A stretch of 64,000 nucleotides of DNA from Octopus vulgaris (lineage: Eukaryota), in contig OX597814.1 of assembly GCA_951406725.2 (NCBI GenBank), positions 199,392,001-199,456,000 on the forward strand, given 5' to 3'. Within the stretch, counting starts at the first letter, position 1; each line of letters opens with the position of its first letter. Below are positions 1-12,598 of the stretch, piece by piece. The translations under genes and the position numbers were made by a program. The notes below the pieces were generated by a model, which saw nothing but the letters and a program-made list of their open reading frames with translations, did no database searches and was not told the origin of the DNA.

Positions 1-166
1 TTAATCGGAGATTCATCGTAGACGCGCGCTAATACCCAGAAGGGCTCGATATGAATCACGACTATAAGATACCCGGTTTTGGTTAAACTGCACCGCAAAA
101 TGTGGGAGTAGTTAGGAATCTAAATCGTAGGAGACAGACACACAACCTTACTTTTATATATAAAGA
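1..166 (-). mobile_element. Non-autonomous Helitron, 5' part (runs off window edge)
   Basis: Near-identical to 14888-15053. On the minus strand it starts A|TCTTTATATATAAAA (Helitron 5' TC). Confidence 0.8.
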
Positions 167-321
167 TGAATGGGGATTTCATGGAATAACATAAAGCCAG
201 ATATTGTTTCTAATATCTTGTTTTCTTCAAACTCGTTTGAGTCTAGTTCGACATCTTCGACTGATGCACTAACTTTGAATTTTATGCTCCCAAGACAGGG
301 ACGATTGAGAATAGGAGAATA

Positions 322-485
322 GGCGCAGGGAGTGGCTGTGTGGTAAGTAGCTTGCTTACCAACCACATGGTTCCAGGTTCAGTCCCACTGCGTAGCACCT
401 TGGGCAAGTGTCTTCATGTATAGCCTCGGGCCGACCAAAGCCTTATGAGTGGATTTGGTAGACGGAAACTGAAAGAAGCCCATCA

Positions 486-530
<45 letters not shown>

Positions 531-568
531 CTGTGTGTGTGTATGTTTGTGTTTGTCTCCCCCCCATA
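322..568 (+). mobile_element. tRNA-headed SINE family A, 3'-truncated
   Basis: Head ggcgcagggagtggctgtgtggtaag...ggttcagtccc (A/B boxes), body ccttgggcaag, internal (TG)n(TA)n. Repeated about 12 times in the window. Confidence 0.85.
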
Positions 569-1140
569 TTTGTATCAAGATTATCAATACATTGGAAGAA
601 ACGTATGTGTTGAAGAGCCTCAGTATCTTTTAGAACGAAGAACGGAATCTTGGAAAATTGAAGCTAGAAAACCGGAAACTGGGAAATTGAAGTCAGAAAT
701 CAAACAGCGTCTGCTATTAATATTTTCGTCTGAAATGTACCTGACATTCGTCTAGCGGTAGAAGCTAAATTCTATTTAACTCACTACGTTCACAATTTAA
801 TATCATAAATGGATCGTGACCCACCTTTCGTGAAGCACAATAAAATAGTCAACGACTCTACTGCTATAATGGTAAATTTCACAATAACCATAAAATAGTT
901 AGAACAATACAAGTATTTCATTATATCTGTTTAACAAAACGAGTCATAATTTCTATTTAAAATTTTACCTGACGTTAAGAGCATGTGAAGCGATGGTTTG
1001 AATTTATGTATAATTGAAAATAACACAAAGGAAATCCTAACGTCGTGCGGCAAATGTTGAAGAGATGTTTAGAATTTATCTTAGTTTTATTGTAAGTTTT
1101 AGTTATATTATTTTCACGCCGTCTGAATTCGTCTCTCAGG

Positions 1141-1500
1141 CACGACTGGCACCCCGTCGGCTATGACGACGCGTGTTCCAGTTGATCCGATCAACGGAAC
1201 AGCCTGCTCGTGAAATTAACGTGCGAATGGCTGAGCACTCCACAGACACGTGTACCCTTAACGTAGTTCTCGTGGAGATTCAGCGTGACACAGTGTGACA
1301 AGGCTGGCCCTTTGAAATACAGGTACAAGTGAAACAGCGAGAAAGAGTAGAGCAGGGTTCACCACCACCTCCTGCCAGAGCCTTGTGAAGTTTTAGGTGT
1401 TTTCGTTCAATAAACACTCACAACGCTCGGTCTGGGAATCGAAACCGCGATCCTAAGACCGCGAGTCCGCTGCCCTAACCACTGGCCATTGCGCCTGCAC
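1141..1500 (-). mobile_element. tRNA-headed SINE family C, full length
   Basis: Head gcgcaatggccagtggttagggcagcggactcgcgg...ggtttcgattccc. 12-bp TSD tcgtctctcagg at 1129-1140 and 1501-1512. Homologous to 28419-28790. Confidence 0.9.
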
Positions 1501-1534
1501 TCGTCTCTCAGGTATCAACATAAAGAACAATGAA

Positions 1535-1940
1535 GGTGACGAGCTAGCAGAAACGTTAGCGCGCCGGGCGAAATGCTTTGCTGTATTTCGTTTGCCGTTA
1601 CGTTCTGAGTTCAAATTCTGCCGAGGTCCACTCTGCCTTTCATCCTTTCAGGGTCGATTAAATAAGTACCAGTTATGCATTGGGGTCGATCTAATCGACT
1701 TAATCCGTTTGTCTGTTTTTGTTTGTCCCCTCTGTGTGTAGCCCCTTGTGGGCAGTAAAGAAATAAGAGTCGTTGGCACGCCAGACAAAAATTCTCAACG
1801 GCATCTCGTTCGTCCTTAAGTCGACTTATCCTTTTGGGGTCGATAAAATAAGTAGCAGCCGGACACTGGAATCAATGTAAACGATTTACTCCACCCCTCT
1901 ACACCGAAATAGTTCGCTCTGCGCTAAAATTTGGACCCAA
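1535..1940 (+). mobile_element. SINE family B plus a degenerate second unit
   Basis: Head ggtgacgagctagcagaaacgttagc...gagttcaaattc, tail agccccttgtgggcagtaaagaaata at about 1765, then a decayed copy. Confidence 0.8.
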
Positions 1941-2019
1941 TATACAGAACAGCGAACTCGCAGAATGGTCGCAGTGGTAGACAAAATATCCCTGTGTATT
2001 TAGTAGCGTACATCTACAT

Positions 2020-2412
2020 TCTGTTTACTTGTTTTAGTCATTTTTACTGCGGCCATGCTAGAACACCGTCTTTAGTCGACCAAATCGACCCCAGGACTTA
2101 TTCTTTTTAAGCCTAGTACTTATTCTATCGGTCTCTTTTGCCGAACCGCTAAGTTACGATGACATAAACACACCAGCATCGGTTGTCAAGCGAAGTTGGG
2201 GACACACACAAACATACACACACAGATATATATATATATATATATACACGACGGGCTTCTTTCAGTTTCCGTCTACCAAATCCACTCACAAGGCTTTGGT
2301 CGGCCCGAGGCTATAGAAGAAGACACTTACCCAAGGTGCTACGCAGTGGGACTGAACCTGGAACCATGTGGTTGGTGAGCAAGCTACTTACCACACAGCC
2401 ACCCCCTGCGCC
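2020..2412 (-). mobile_element. SINE family A, full length
   Basis: Full head, body and the tail ggtg...agcatggccgcagt...actaaaacaagtaaa. Confidence 0.88.
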
Positions 2413-3414
2413 TATGTGTTCAAGTCCCGTTGGAAATCACTTTAAATTTTCATTCTCTCGAGATTGGTTTAATAAATAATAGTCAAGCACTTGTTGTGTT
2501 ATAATCGACTATTCTGTTTTCCGAAATATCAGACCTTTTGTCTGTGTAAGAAATCAATACAAGCATACTGTATAACGATGAAATAATTAAAGTTCATTTA
2601 ATGAACTTAGAATTATTTGATGTGTTAGTTTATTGTAAGAAAGATTCTACTTTAAGCAGTTGCAGAATAATTAAATCTTCACTTGGCATTAGTCGTTGAA
2701 TCATGGAAACGAATATTTGACAGAAGGATATTAGCGTAAGCAAAAACAAGATTGTTCACAAAAATTTGTAATGTATCATTGTAATTGAATTTCCTTAGTA
2801 AAATTTTGTGTTATATTTTGGTGTGTAGAATCTGAACATGCATTACTCTGTAAGTAATAATAGAAATAAAAAGGAGATTTACTTATCAGATAATCTATTA
2901 TTCTAGTCTCCAATAAATTCTACTTTGGGTATCCCAATTTAATATCCTTGTTTCATTTTCTAAATTCAGCTGATAATAAAGGAAGCTATCAAATATTCTA
3001 TTCTGTACTATTATACTCACTGTGTAGATGATCGCGACTGCTTGCAAAGTGGTGAATGAGAATTATAAAGCAGACAGTATAGTGTACAAGTGCAGTCATT
3101 GTACACATTAACTGTAAAACGATCTTTCAGGAGATAATTCTTTCAAAGCCGGAAAACTTAAGTTACGACTTTTCAAACTTATCTCTTCTACTCTTACGAA
3201 ATGCAATTACAAATGCGGATTTTCATTTTCTTCTAAAGCTAAAGAAATTTCAGATTTAACATTCCGTATATGAGGCTGGCACCCGTATCTTCTGATTTAT
3301 TATTTTTGTCGTCTACTTTTAAATATATTTATGGTAACAGTGTGCTGTTGTCTTCAATACTCTTTCTACCCCCTCTCTCTCTTTCCCTATATGTATGTAT
3401 GTATGTATGTCATT

Positions 3415-3530
3415 GTTCAGTTTTATTTCAAAATTTCTTGCTAATAGAGAAAGGGTAAGTTTATAACCAAGATCCAAGACTCCTTCATATGAATTTCAAC
3501 ATCAGCAACAGGGTATTTTCATTTGTATAT
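3415..3530 (-). mobile_element. 3' tail of an REL-type non-LTR element
   Basis: Reverse complement resembles the tail at about 18860-18955 (gcaagaaatcttgaaataaa). Confidence 0.55.
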
Positions 3531-3614
3531 CTCTTCTATTTTTTAATTATTATAAAGTTTACTATGCACGTATTTGAGTGCATGATTCTGTGTATGCATC
3601 TTTAATCTATTATT

Positions 3615-3765
3615 CTTTACATGTTTCAGTCATTGTATTATGGCAATACTGGAGCACTGTGTTGGAGAATTTCTAGTCGAATGAATCGACCACATTACTT
3701 AGTTTTTTTTGTTTTTCTTAAAGCCTGGTACTTACTCTATTCGTCTCTTTTGCCGAACCGCTGAA
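3615..3765 (-). mobile_element. SINE family A 3' fragment
   Basis: gtttcagtca...ctggagcac...tctttttgccgaaccgct-like blocks. Confidence 0.7.
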
Positions 3766-3873
3766 GAAAAAAGATACATACAAACCTGCAGACATAAATA
3801 CGCATTCACAGTTAGACTAGCACCTAATCACACGAATAAACAGACCACAAGTCGGAATTTCATATATTTCTAA

Positions 3874-4282
3874 TCTATCTATATGGATGATATATAAAAG
3901 AGAGGTTGTGTGCTGTCTGTCTCCTACGATTTAGATTCCTAACTACTCCCACATTTTGCGGTGCAGTTTATCCAAAACCGGGTATCTTATAGTCGTGATT
4001 CATATCGAGCCCTTCTGGGTATTAGCGCGCGTCTACGATGAGTCTACGATTTAAAAAAAAAATTACCATCAATTTTTCTCATTTTTTAATGCAATTTTGG
4101 CATATATAAGGGAAGTAACTCTCTAAAAATTTATTATTAAATCTCAGAACGTAAAAAGCTACAGTAACACTCCCCCCTTTGTGGTTAGCCATATTGAGAT
4201 GGCTATTATACTTTACATCTCTAAAAATGCTTATATAGTTATTTCCCTTACAAACCCGAGCAACGCCGGGCGATACTGCTAT
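3874..4282 (+). mobile_element. Non-autonomous Helitron
   Basis: Reverse complement of 14664-15053. 3' hairpin cccgagcaacgccggg followed by ctgCTAT (mutated CTAG). Confidence 0.85.
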
Positions 4283-5720
4283 TAGATGATAAAGCAGCTC
4301 CTTAAAGGTACGTTGAAGTGAAAACTAATTCGTTAACTGGTGACATTATACATATATACATATTTATACCTTTCTGTCTTTCTAGCTGGCTAGCTCTCTT
4401 GGGCCAAAGTGATCCACGGTACCTTGGCTCTAAGGGCACCTTGATCACCGGGAAAGATGCAGGATGCAGTACTTGTGACAGCTGAAAGACATCCAAGAGT
4501 CATGACTCGGAAGCTTTCCGGGCCCCTTTGAATGTAGAGAGTTAAAGACTGAAACATTTGCAGAAAGGAAGCTTCTGTGAAGCCCTTCTATTGCTCACTT
4601 CTCCCTAGATTTTCTTACTGCCGTTATATTTATTTCGAACTCATTGTTTTGTTATCAAGGATACACACATACATATATACATGTGTGTGTGTGTTTGCAG
4701 GAGGATTGTAAATATAGATATAAAATGTGCTTGTGACCAAAATACACTGTACAAGATTACAGTATGTATCTCATGTACATACTTGTATTGGATCAGATAT
4801 TCCTGCAACTAATGCAACCTATTTAATACGATTATAGTGAAATATATAATTTGCTGGCAATTTTTCAGGAGAAGGTATTTCAGGCACAACAATTCGAATT
4901 TATACGAATCGAGGAATGCTATTGTATGACAGTCTTGCCATTTTCAATGGCATTAACTAGGTACATAAGATACAATTTTTTTCTTGCTCGTAGTTTATTG
5001 ATAATAATATTAGAAACGATGCTTTTGTTAGAGTTAATATAAGTGATTTGGTTTCCAGTTGACTTCAAATTTGAACGAAGTTTTGATTCATAGTTATTAA
5101 TGTTAAATATTTCGTATAGGAAACATAATAATAAAGGTTAAAATAATAAGAAAATAAATCTTAGTACTATTATTTCGATGTTGAGCCACCAACAGTTTTA
5201 CAATTCAGTTGACTTTTGTACTCAAGAACTTGACTAAAGTTACTTTACTAAAGGTTAAATTCAAGGATGTCAAAAAAAATTGTAGTTAACGTCTATTGTT
5301 GTCTGAATAAAGCTAGAATAATTTCTAGTGAACCTATTCCACAAATTACATAGCCGCGAGATATATTTTTCGTGTTACTTCAGAAGCGACTATCTGAATG
5401 AAAAGCTAGTGTTGAGTGAAAAGTGAAAAGCTAGTATCGAATGAACATACGTCGAACAATATGTCGAAAGAATCCTTCGAAGTATGTCTGATTCCAGACA
5501 GAGTTTATTGCAAGAATTCTGGGTGATTGTTTGTCAATAACATGATCATGAATAATTTTGAGTACATTATGTTTATGAGGGATGTATAGTTTTAATGTTA
5601 AAATGCTTGCGACTGTTTCGTGATAAAAACAATTACTTATTATGCGTAAATTACTTTCTTCTGTGTCCGTAGAGGAGAGTGACTATTGAGTGACTAATGA
5701 GAATTAGTACCATGCATAAA

Positions 5721-6116
5721 GCGGCGAGCTGGCAGAATCGTTAGCACGCCGGGCGAAACGCTTAGCGGTATTTCGTCTGCCGCTACGTTCTGAGTTCAAA
5801 TTCCGCCAAGGTCGACTTTGCCTTTCATCCTTCGAAGTCGATAAATTAAGTACCAGTTCCGCACTGGGGTCGATGTAATCAACTTAATCCGTTTGTCTGT
5901 CCTTGTTTGTCCTCTCTGTGTTTAGCCCCCTGTAGGTAGTAAAGAAATATGTATTTCGTCTGCCTCTACGTTCTGTGTTCAAATTCCGCTGAGGTCGACT
6001 TTGCCTTTCATCCTTTCGGGGGTCGATAAATTTAGTACCAGTTGCGTACTGGAGTCGATCTAATCGACTAGTCCTCTCCCCGAAATTTCAGGCCTTGTGC
6101 CTGTAATAGAAAGGAT
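5721..6116 (+). mobile_element. SINE family B dimer
   Basis: Two tandem B units flanked by attagtaccat (5703-5713 and 6118-6128). Confidence 0.85.
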
Positions 6117-6739
6117 CATTAGTACCATAGATGTCACAGAATTAATACTGAACCTGGAAGAAACGTTATGATATTTAGTTATCTCCCTTCACATTCTGAG
6201 CTTAAACCTCTTTGGTATCTAATTTGTCTCTCATTCTTCTAAGGTTCATAACATAAGCACAGGTGAAGGCTGAAGCTGATTCAATCCCATCAAACGTAAA
6301 ATGTTATTCCTCAATATATATTTGCTTTTAATCGGCCTCTTTTAATGGTTACTGTAATAAATATAGTAATATAGTGACGTGAACATAATTACGACATTCT
6401 GTGTATATAGCCTTACAATATTTAGTTATGTTTCTTTATTAAGGTCGATGCAACCAGAATGTATGGACACATGCGTACGTTAGAAATGCCACTAAGCGTT
6501 TTGCGTGGAGTGCTAACGATTCTTCCAGCTCAAGAGTTAGTTGTATAAATGACAGCAGTAGTTGTATGTGAAGATGGTTGTGTTATTTTTTTTATAATAT
6601 CGTTATATTCCAGGGAAGCAAAGATTGTATGACTATCACATATCTTCAATCTACCATGATGTTTTTCCCTCTTAATAATTTGGTGTATATAAATTGATTT
6701 ATATAATATACCTGGCATAATAATAATAATCATAATCAT

Positions 6740-7055
6740 AGGCCCGCGCTGAATAACAACATGGATGTACTAAACCGGGCTCTCCATTCAAAAACATGGG
6801 AACTGCCCATATTGTACGCAAAATACTTTCTATGTAATCTCAAGTTTTAAAACAAACATACTTTTCTTATGGTTTCTTAAACATTCTCTAGGACAACACT
6901 CTGTACAAAACCAAAATATATGGCACCCTAGGCATAACACTAACATGAACTTCCAATTTGTTGTCTCTTGGGGTCTCTGGGTGTGACTTGGAGCCAACTT
7001 GTACAAATGCAAAGCAAAAGTCAAACATAAAATAATAATAATAATAATAATAATT
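6740..7055 (+). mobile_element. R4/Dong-like LINE 3' end with (AAT)n tail
   Basis: Translates to ...MGTAHIVRKILSM*, typical of the REL-clade C-terminus. 3' UTR ends in (aat)n. Confidence 0.7.
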
Positions 7056-7082
7056 TCAAATCTTGTGACAAGATTTTTACTC

Positions 7083-7318
7083 ACTGTTGACGGAGCCCTG
7101 GGAACAGTGAGTAAAAATCTTGAGAAGTACGTGTAACAAATAGGGGCTGCAATAAGGGTAGAGCACTTGCAGAAAACAGCACTGCTTGGAACCGCTCCAA
7201 TACTCTGGGTGATGCTCGAAAAGTAAGGGATGTTACCTTAGTTCACTGATTGTGAGCAGTTGACACTGTAGTACATCTCCAGCGTTACAAGCTGTGCAAA
7301 GGCAATAATAATAATAGT
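7083..7318 (+). mobile_element. Second R4/Dong-like LINE 3' end
   Basis: Translates to DGALGTVSKNLEKYV*QIGAAIRVEHLQKTALLGTAPIL...EK*, followed by an (aat)n tail. Confidence 0.75.
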
Positions 7319-8658
7319 TTCAAATTTTGCCACAAGGGCAACAAGCATGAGTCGAAATAATAATAATAATAATAAGAGAAAATATATACATAAGTAGTGC
7401 ATAAGGTATTATTTGATTTTCTCAATGGTGATATTGGAAAACCTTTATTTCAGCGTTTAGATTTATCTGGCTTCAATACATGATTTTTACGCTAAGTATC
7501 ACTTGCTTGCTTAAGGACACGGCTGACAACTACAACTGAATTGGAATCAAACAAAAGCCAGCAGTTTTCAGTATTGCTTTCTGTCGTGGAATATTGTGGA
7601 ACATCCAAGTTGTGAAATTAATTTCCAGTTTGGAGCAGCTGGCGATGTCAATCGAATAGCTTTTCCGTTCTTTCTTGCGTGTTTAATAGTTAATGATGCG
7701 ATAGAAGTAGAACCGAAGAGTTTATGGAAAGCACAATGATATTTCAAAACAACCGACAGCCATACAGATTATTTATATGAGAATGATGTTCCTTTCTATC
7801 ATCGGTTTTAATTGTGTTGTTCTTTGTTAATACAAGGGTTAATTTATGTTGCTGTATCTGACGCCAAAAAATTACATTCGTGTATCTTTTCCTGTATGAA
7901 ATACACACACAAATATAGAATTGATTATCATTAGAATATATTTTGTTTTACTCTGACAACTGCTAGTCGTTTCCAATTAACCTTGAAACCTTCTTAGAAT
8001 TACTATTTATTGGCGTTCTAACTATCTGATAGAACGTTTTTCTTCTTTCTTTCTTTGGCGAATGAATACGATGCAAGTGGCGCTTTAAGAGTCGGATTGG
8101 TTTTTAGAAAGCAATGAATTAATTTATCGTTATGTGCCTCAATTACTCCGTCCGTTTGTCCCGGCTTTAAAATGCTATATTTAAGTCGCATGAGAATACA
8201 AGTTAACTATTTTGAGAACACTTACTTTACGATCATTATGAAATGTGTTTTCGAATTCTATGAATAATGCTAAAATTAATTATTGAAATTAGTATTAAAT
8301 TAATTATATAAACGTAGTAGATTATTATTGTTGCTGTTTTTGTTGTTGTTAGTGGTGGTATTCAGTAGCTTTTTTTCTTCTTATTTTACTGCGCAGCCAT
8401 TGTATGTGGCTTGGATGTGTACCGTGTTTTGTTTTGGTTTCCTTATCGTTAATGTATTACGTTTCGTTTTTGGATTTGGTTTGCCAGATTCTTCATGTGA
8501 GTTCGTGTGTTGAAGCATATTCTGTTTTGTCTGGGGAGAGTCATTTTCTTTTTGTGCCTTATAATTTAACATACTCACCGGTAAAATTTCCACTTATTCC
8601 TTATTTTTATTTTCCTAAATTTTTCGTTGCGTCTTGCAACCTTTTCAATATTTTCAAG

Positions 8659-9117
8659 ACTGGGGTCTATGTAATCGACTTAATCCCTTTGTCTGTCCTT
8701 GTTTGTCCCCTCTATGTTTAGCCCCTTGTGGGCAATAAAGAAATAAGAAACGTTAGCACGCCGGGCGAAATACTTAGCGGTATTTCGTCTGTCTTTACGT
8801 TGTGAGTTCAAATTCCACCGAGGTCAACTTCGCCTTTCATCCTTTCAGGGTCGATTAAATAAGTACCAGTTCCTCACTGAGGTCGATATAATCGACTTAA
8901 TCCGTTTGTCTGTCCTTGTTTTTCCCCTCTGTGTGTAGTCCCTTGTGGGTAATAAAGAAATAGGTACTTCGTCTGAGTTCAAATTCTGCCGAGGTCGACT
9001 ATGCTTTTCATCCTTTACGGGTCGATAAATTAAGTACCAGTTGCGTACTAGGTCGATCTAATCGACTGGCCCCCATCCCCAGAAATTTCGGGCCTTCTTT
9101 CTAGAGTAGAAAAGGAT
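8659..9117 (+). mobile_element. SINE family B multimer
   Basis: Three partial or complete B units in tandem. Confidence 0.8.
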
Positions 9118-10064
9118 ATTCTCCTGGGACGAGGGATAAGAGAATGCCTGTGTTTTCGTGCCTACACAGGCTTCTAAAACAACTAGCAAAAGCGTGGTTA
9201 AAGCCACCAGGCACCAGGCCACAATCGCTTGCGATTGGCGGTTAAACAATATAATACTCCCATACCTCGATCAACGAAATTAACGCATTTTACCTTTTTG
9301 TTTTTTTCCTATTTCGCCATCAGCATTTTCGATGTTATAGGAAGTTAAAACAGTCTTTATAAGCGTATATATCATTCAATACTGGAAAACATGTACACGC
9401 ATTAAAAATACTCTAGGCATACAATGCCTCTTGCATACACAGAAAAAGCATCTACATCTAATCAGTCGAATAAATACATATACTTCTTATACCGAAGACA
9501 TCCTTTGAACAGAATTATATGTAATTCAATCGAAATAAATTTAACACGCTTCTTTTTTCGCATAAGCAACGAGTAAAAAAGTAAATTCAGAACGTCTGGT
9601 TCTGTTATTTTTATAAGAAAACATTAATGATTGATTACAATACCCTCTAACGAATCTCTAATTATTCCCTAGAGCAGTCCTGTGCTATCATTACAGATAT
9701 TTTTGAAACTGTCATTCTTCGTTCAACATTTGGATAATTTTCTGTAGGTCATTCTAGAGCACAAGATAATTCTGCAAATGCTTTTAGAAGAGATCTCTTT
9801 TGCAGAGGTGTCTTTTCTACGCTGAAGTAGACACTTGTTGTTCTGTGTACCCCTTAGGCATTTCATAATTAAGGGTTTCATTAAGAGCATACAATAAGGC
9901 CTGAATATCACCTTTTCATATTTGAATCAACTTCTCAACTGAAGCTAATTACACGTTCATTCAACTTTCCAGGCATATTTAATCCTTTTCATTGGTTGCA
10001 TAATGTTTTGATTTTTTTATCGGAACTCCTCCGAAAAACGCGATAACTAACTGACTTTCGTTCT

Positions 10065-10380
10065 TTTTCTTCTATTCTTTTTACAGTTTCAGTCGTAGGA
10101 CTGCGTCCATGCTAGATCACCGCCTTAATTTGCTTTCTATCGGTTTTGTTTTCGTTTTATGGCTGGAGGTTGGTCTATGATTGTGTTTGTGGCAGCTGAT
10201 TTTTCCAGTTTGTGTATCCTTAAATGGTTGGCTGGTCTTGTATCGTCGTTAGGAATCTATCCAATGTTTTTTTTTTTAATGTTACAGTAGAAGTTCCTTT
10301 TATATTTCTGACTTCTTTAGGTAGAGAGTTTAACAGTTGAGGACCTCTAAATGTCAGACTGTTACAACTGAGTGCTGGGG
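10065..10380 (-). mobile_element. CR1-like LINE 3' end (ORF2 C-terminus plus 3' UTR)
   Basis: NSLTFRGPQLLNSLPKEVRNI...LDRFLTTIQDQP*, then the tail aaggcggtgatctagcatggacgcagtcctacgactgaaac. Confidence 0.75.
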
Positions 10381-10782
10381 CGAGGGGCGAGAGGATATCT
10401 ATGCTCGTGAATTCGAAGATGGTATAGTTGGAAGCTAATAGTGGCCACCACTGGAAATGGATGTAACAGTCCGATCCTTTGATTGGAGTCATGACTTTGT
10501 GTTTGCTGGATTAAAAACAAACCTCAGCGCCTGTTCGCTTATTTTCAAGGAATCAGGATTTGGAAAATGATTCTTTAACCAGGCGTATCTTGGTTTAGGA
10601 ATTATTCTTTACGCAGTAACATTTGTCAATGTAACGGACGATTTAGTAAATATTTTCCATATAACCTAAATCTTATTTATAAGTTTTCTCATATAATCGT
10701 CCATATCAACGGCTCGATTTCGAAACGTTTATGTTCGACTAACAAATTAGCAATTTAAAGTTTAAGCTTCACAAGATATTCA

Positions 10783-11155
10783 TTACCACCGCCTTAGCTA
10801 AGGCGGAGGTATTGTTTTTCACTTGTGTTTGTTTCTTTGTCCGTGGACAAGATATCTCAAGAACCGCTGGGTAGATTCGGATGAAACGTTCAGGGATGTT
10901 TGGCCTCGTAACTGACAAGAACTCATTAGATTTTGGGGTCGATCCAATACCAGACAAGGTTTCTGAATTATTTTTCCGTTTTTCTGTGTTTTTTTTTAAC
11001 TTTTGAGACCAGTTGGGTTCGTTTTTAATATTCTCGTTTGTGAGAGCAGTCGAGTTTATCTCAGATATTCTCACCTTAAAAGCCACCTCTGGCTAATCGT
11101 TGAAAGGAGGATGGTGTTACCTTGGCGGAGGCTTGCCTCTCCGAGTGCTCTTCTT
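10783..11155 (+). mobile_element. HINE/DINE-like non-autonomous Helentron
   Basis: 5' ttaccaccgccttagctaaggcggaggta hairpin, 3' ccttggcggagg plus a terminal stem-loop. Homologous to 31501-31840. Confidence 0.7.
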
Positions 11156-11829
11156 CCTACTGTATTATGATACCTTTTTCTTTTCTTCAAATAATAAAAT
11201 AAACTTTACCGAAGAAACGTTACCAAAATAATCCACCTTCATCAAAGCAACAACAGTTTTTCACTTGAGCTGATATCTTGATATCTGTATGTTATGGTGA
11301 GTAGATCGTTTCTTGAACTTATCAAATAATCCACGAGATGCATTGAACGTGTGAATGACTTTCATAGATTCTAGTTGCATTTAACGCCTCTTAACAAGAT
11401 AATGGCTTCTAGGAGCGGTGGGTGACGACTGGAATATCTTCTCAAGCATTTAGTAGTTCCTCAGTCTTTTCTCATGGTGTTATAACGCATTTCTGTTAGT
11501 TTAGAAGCGTGTACACTCGCTTGCGTTTTGCATGGCAACTTTTACTTTCTCATATTAGTCTTTGTAATTTCTTTAAATTGACAATACAACTTTCCCTATC
11601 AATTTTTGTTGTTTTCTCCTACTTTTTATAGTAATCTTTAATTTATCTTACGATGTTGCTTTTCATTCACGATACGGGAAAGGATAACAAGAAATGATTT
11701 TTCTTTTCCTTTTGGTTATGGCACTTTGAGAATTTTTCTAAATTATTACGCAGCTGCTACGATGTAACACGACTCAACACTCCAAACCACAAAACCGAAT
11801 CAAGTATTCGCGCTAAGAGATTCCGATTT

Positions 11830-11978
11830 AAACAGGAAATTCTGGAGACGGTTAAGCAACGAAAATAGGTTATTTTCGTGATTTTTGTTGTTGATATAAG
11901 AATGGAAGTTGCAGCAACAATAAGATGCGCTAAAACTAATATTCGTTCACAGAGGAAAATATAAAACGTAGTAAAGGT

Positions 11979-11980
<2 letters not shown>
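11830..11980 (+). mobile_element. Degenerate RTE-like RT C-terminal fragment
   Basis: QEILETVKQRK..(fs)GYF, resembling ELL.TVK.RKL.YFGH. Heavily decayed. Confidence 0.35.
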
Positions 11981-12034
<54 letters not shown>

Positions 12035-12227
12035 ATAAAAAATATATATAAAAATACAAAATGGGACAAGAACGCAAAACATTCAAATACACGATACGAA
12101 AACGGACGGGTCATTCGAAGCGTCTAATCTTCAGTCAAGAACCGGATCATCCTCGCAATTTCGGCTGATATGCTTGCAGTGCCCGATGAAAATTCACGGC
12201 TATTTTGAAAATTATAATATGGATTTA

Positions 12228-12406
12228 CTCTTTTACTTGTTTCAATCATTTGACTATGGCCATGCTGGAGCGCCGCCTTTAGTCGAGCAAATCGACTCCA
12301 GGACTTATTCTTTGTAAGCCTAGTAGTTATTCTATCGGTCACTTTTGCCGAACCTCTAAGTTACGGGGACGTAAACACATCAGCATCGGTTGTCAGGCGG
12401 TGTTGG

Positions 12407-12441
<35 letters not shown>

Positions 12442-12598
12442 CGACGGCCTTCTTTCACTTTCGTCTACCAAATCCCCTGACAAGGCTTTGGTCGGCCCGA
12501 GGCTATAGTAGAAGACACTTGCCCAAGGTGCCACGCAGTGGGACGGAACCCAGAACCATGTGGTTGGTAAGCAAGCTACTTACCACACAGCCACTCCT
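12228..12598 (-). mobile_element. SINE family A
   Basis: Family A head, body and tail. Confidence 0.88.

Noticed and set aside
168-312. Possible host exon (SASVEDVELDSNEFEENKILETISG)
   Set aside because: No recognisable domain, convincing splice pair or neighbouring exons.
1420-1500. tRNA-like heads of SINE families A, B, C and 49367
   Set aside because: They have A/B boxes but no proper cloverleaf, and they run into SINE bodies, often with TSDs. They are not tRNA genes.
2183-2479. Recurrent peptide SFSFRLPNPLTRLWSARG...GTEPGTMWLVSKLLTTQP
   Set aside because: Antisense reading of SINE family A. It recurs because of repeat copy number.
9723-9911. Short ORF
   Set aside because: No recognisable motif in the frames examined.
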